64,000 bases of DNA from Candidatus Multivoradales bacterium (GTDB lineage Bacteria; Acidobacteriota; Thermoanaerobaculia; Multivoradales; Multivoraceae). How positions within the stretch are numbered: position 1 is the stretch's first letter; the number at the start of each line of letters is the position of its first letter. Positions 62,258 through 64,000 of the stretch are shown here, piece by piece. The stretch lies in NCBI GenBank assembly GCA_965223325.1, contig CBDCWI010000001.1, positions 1,696,001-1,760,000 of the forward strand, given 5' to 3'. The position numbers were made by a program, and so were the translations under genes. The notes under the pieces are model-generated. The model ran no database searches and was not told the DNA's origin. It was given only the letters and a program-made list of their open reading frames with translations.

Positions 62258-62590
62258 ATGGAAATGACCCGAGGCGAAATGCAGGACCTGCTCGGCAAGT
62301 TCGCAGCCGAAAGCAACACCTACCGTGACCGACTCAAGAACGACCCCAAAGAGGTCATTCAGCGCCAGTTCGGCATCGACGTGCCGGGTGCCGTGAACAT
62401 CAAAGTCGTCGAAGAGTCGGCCGACACCGTCTACGTCGTGCTCCCGCACACCGTCGAGCAGGGCGATGAGCTCTCTGACGCCGATCTCGAGGCGGTCGCT
62501 GGCGGCCACTCGATCATCAAAGACGCCAACTGCCAGGACTCGGACGGCGCCCTCAACACCGTCAACAACTTCGAGGCCTCCCTGGTCTAG
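62258..62590 (+). CDS. NHLP-leader RiPP precursor 1
   Basis: YRDRLKNDPKEVI...IKVVEESADTVYVVLP...ELSDADLEAVAGG leader; core HSIIKDANCQDSDGALNTVNNFEASLV; AAGGAG RBS. Confidence 0.92.
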   Translation: MEMTRGEMQDLLGKFAAESNTYRDRLKNDPKEVIQRQFGIDVPGAVNIKVVEESADTVYVVLPHTVEQGDELSDADLEAVAGGHSIIKDANCQDSDGALNTVNNFEASLV

Positions 62591-62850
62591 AAGCTGCCCG
62601 GACCTCTCGAGGTCCAAGGTGGCGGCGGCCTCTCTGGCGCCGCCACCGAGCGCCTCCGTCACCCGGGGGCGTCCAGGGTGAACCGGGTTGCCCACCTGCG
62701 GCAGCCCGGTCTCACCACCTCCCCTCCCCTCCTCTCTCTTTCCGCCCATTCACTTGTGTTCTAGATGCTGCTGTCCACCAGATAGCGCTCCGGTTTCGAG
62801 TTGTTCGAAGCCGACAGCGCCCCCCACCCAACCAATGGAGGAGATCCACC

Positions 62851-63183
62851 ATGGAAATGACCCGAGGCGAGATGCAAGACCTGCTTGGCAAGTTCGCAGC
62901 CGAAAGCAACAGCTACCGTGAGAAACTGAAGAACGATCCGCGCGAAGTCATCCAGCGCCAGTTCGGAATCGACGTTCCCGGCAGCATGAACATCAAGGTC
63001 CTCGAAGAATCGGCCGACACCGCGTACGTTGTGCTTCCCCACATCGTCGAGCAAGGTGACGAGCTCTCCGACGCCGACCTCGAAGCGGTCGCCGGCGGCC
63101 ACTCGATCATCAAAGAGGCCAACTGCCAGGACTCTGACGGTGCCCTCAACACGGTCAACAACTTCGAGATGTCGCTGGTCTAG
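62851..63183 (+). CDS. NHLP-leader RiPP precursor 2
   Basis: About 90% aa identical to precursor 1; core HSIIKEANCQDSDGALNTVNNFEMSLV; GGAGG RBS. Confidence 0.92.
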   Translation: MEMTRGEMQDLLGKFAAESNSYREKLKNDPREVIQRQFGIDVPGSMNIKVLEESADTAYVVLPHIVEQGDELSDADLEAVAGGHSIIKEANCQDSDGALNTVNNFEMSLV

Positions 63184-63207
63184 AGCCAGGGACCTCTTTC
63201 GAGATCC

Positions 63208-63252
63208 AACAAGAGCGGGAGCGCCACCTCTGGCGTTCCCGCCTCTTGTTTT
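63208..63252 (+). terminator. terminator-like hairpin between the precursors and the synthetase
   Basis: AACAAGAGCGGGAGCGCCA-CCTC-TGGCGTTCCCGCCTCTTGTTTT. Confidence 0.65.
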
Positions 63253-63339
63253 CTCGGGCGACACGCAACGTCGTCGCCCGAACCAACCATCGCTTGACAG
63301 CCCGGTCACCGCTTGAACCCTCCACCGTTCGGAGAAGGA

Positions 63340-64000
63340 ATGAACGAGGAGTCAACCTGCGAGGCTCTGACCGCTAGCGCGCGGGTCCTTTCTGAGATTC
63401 GCCTGCGCAGCGAAACGCTGTGGGAGCGGCTCGAGCGCACCCGTGGCGAAGCAGAGGCCGAGGCGCCGACAGCCGAGGCGCTGGCCCGCGCACTCTTGCC
63501 CTGGGCGAAGGCCGTCGCGCGAGGCGACCTCGGCGTCCTGTCGAAGCGGCTCTCCTGGGATGAGGTGACGACCGAAGAGGCCTATCGCGCGGTCACCGCC
63601 GAGGCACCCGACGTAGCTGACGAAACCGGTGACGATTGGACCGCCGACCTCCAACTCTTCAGCCTCTGTGCCCGTCAAACGAAGGACGAGCTCGACCGCG
63701 ACCCCGGCATCCGGGAGACCTTGCGCGCCCACGCCACTGGCCCGTTCCCGGAGATCTGGTTGCCCTGGCGACTGGTCGCAGCCGAGAAGCTGGCCAACCT
63801 GCCAGCCAAGGTGCGAGAAACCTTTGGCTCCGAGGCACTTCAGCAACTCCTGGATGTGGTCCACAACGAGCTGACCTACCTCGGCGAAAGCGCTGCCTTC
63901 AAGCGCTTCGAAACGCTTCGCGCCGAGGCAGGCGGGAACCCATCGGGAATCCACGACGCCTTCGTCGGCGAGGTGCTTTCTGACCCGATTGCCGAGCTCT
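63340..64000 (+). CDS. lanM: class II lanthipeptide synthetase (LanM/ProcM-like) N-terminus, truncated by the window edge
   Basis: Not in the ORF track. Manual translation from ATG 63340 (GGAGAAGG RBS): ...TLWERL...W...ARGD...SKRLSWDEV...PFPEIWLPW...HDAFVGEVLSDPIAEL, resembling the N-terminus of cyanobacterial-type LanMs. Context supports the call; catalytic motifs lie beyond the window. Confidence 0.7.
   Translation, partial: MNEESTCEALTASARVLSEIRLRSETLWERLERTRGEAEAEAPTAEALARALLPWAKAVARGDLGVLSKRLSWDEVTTEEAYRAVTAEAPDVADETGDDWTADLQLFSLCARQTKDELDRDPGIRETLRAHATGPFPEIWLPWRLVAAEKLANLPAKVRETFGSEALQQLLDVVHNELTYLGESAAFKRFETLRAEAGGNPSGIHDAFVGEVLSDPIAEL

Noticed and set aside
62258-63183. Twin precursors as an assembly duplication or repeat array
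   Set aside because: The copies differ at many synonymous sites and 11 residues and have different flanks, so they are genuine paralogs.

Overview
GC-rich bacterial DNA. The gene repertoire (Oar-type TonB receptors, CRTAC1/ASPIC plus TPR, non-canonical sulfatase, DUF4388, sigma54 activators with an atypical C-terminus) suggests Acidobacteriota, possibly Thermoanaerobaculia (inference). In order, the window holds: a myo-inositol oxygenase plus sugar ABC operon; a sulfatase; a LysM-containing putative polymorphic toxin with a translationally coupled small gene; Lhr helicase; HPF; a POTRA/Omp85-sensor kinase-sigma54 regulator operon; a TroABCD metal transporter with a fused DtxR domain; a decay zone (24.4-33 kb) with an ABC-F ATPase, a RAYT-like HUH transposase flanked by inverted hairpin motifs, a solo 195-bp end copy, a transposase relic and a broken TonB receptor; an intact TonB receptor with CRTAC1/TPR genes; AlkA; a sigma54-promoted DUF4388 pair; DUF5916; a deoxyhypusine synthase-like gene; a phosphoesterase-FG-GAP fusion; another TonB receptor; and Lon. 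At the right end is the strongest candidate for a new system: an FHA/GAF/PP2C, STAS, cNMP-FHA and orphan sigma54 activator module next to a sigma54 promoter, two tandem NHLP-leader RiPP precursors with an unusual single-Cys core, and the start of a LanM-type synthetase that runs off the window. No rRNA, tRNA or CRISPR array was recognised. All calls come from reading the sequence by eye, without database searches.
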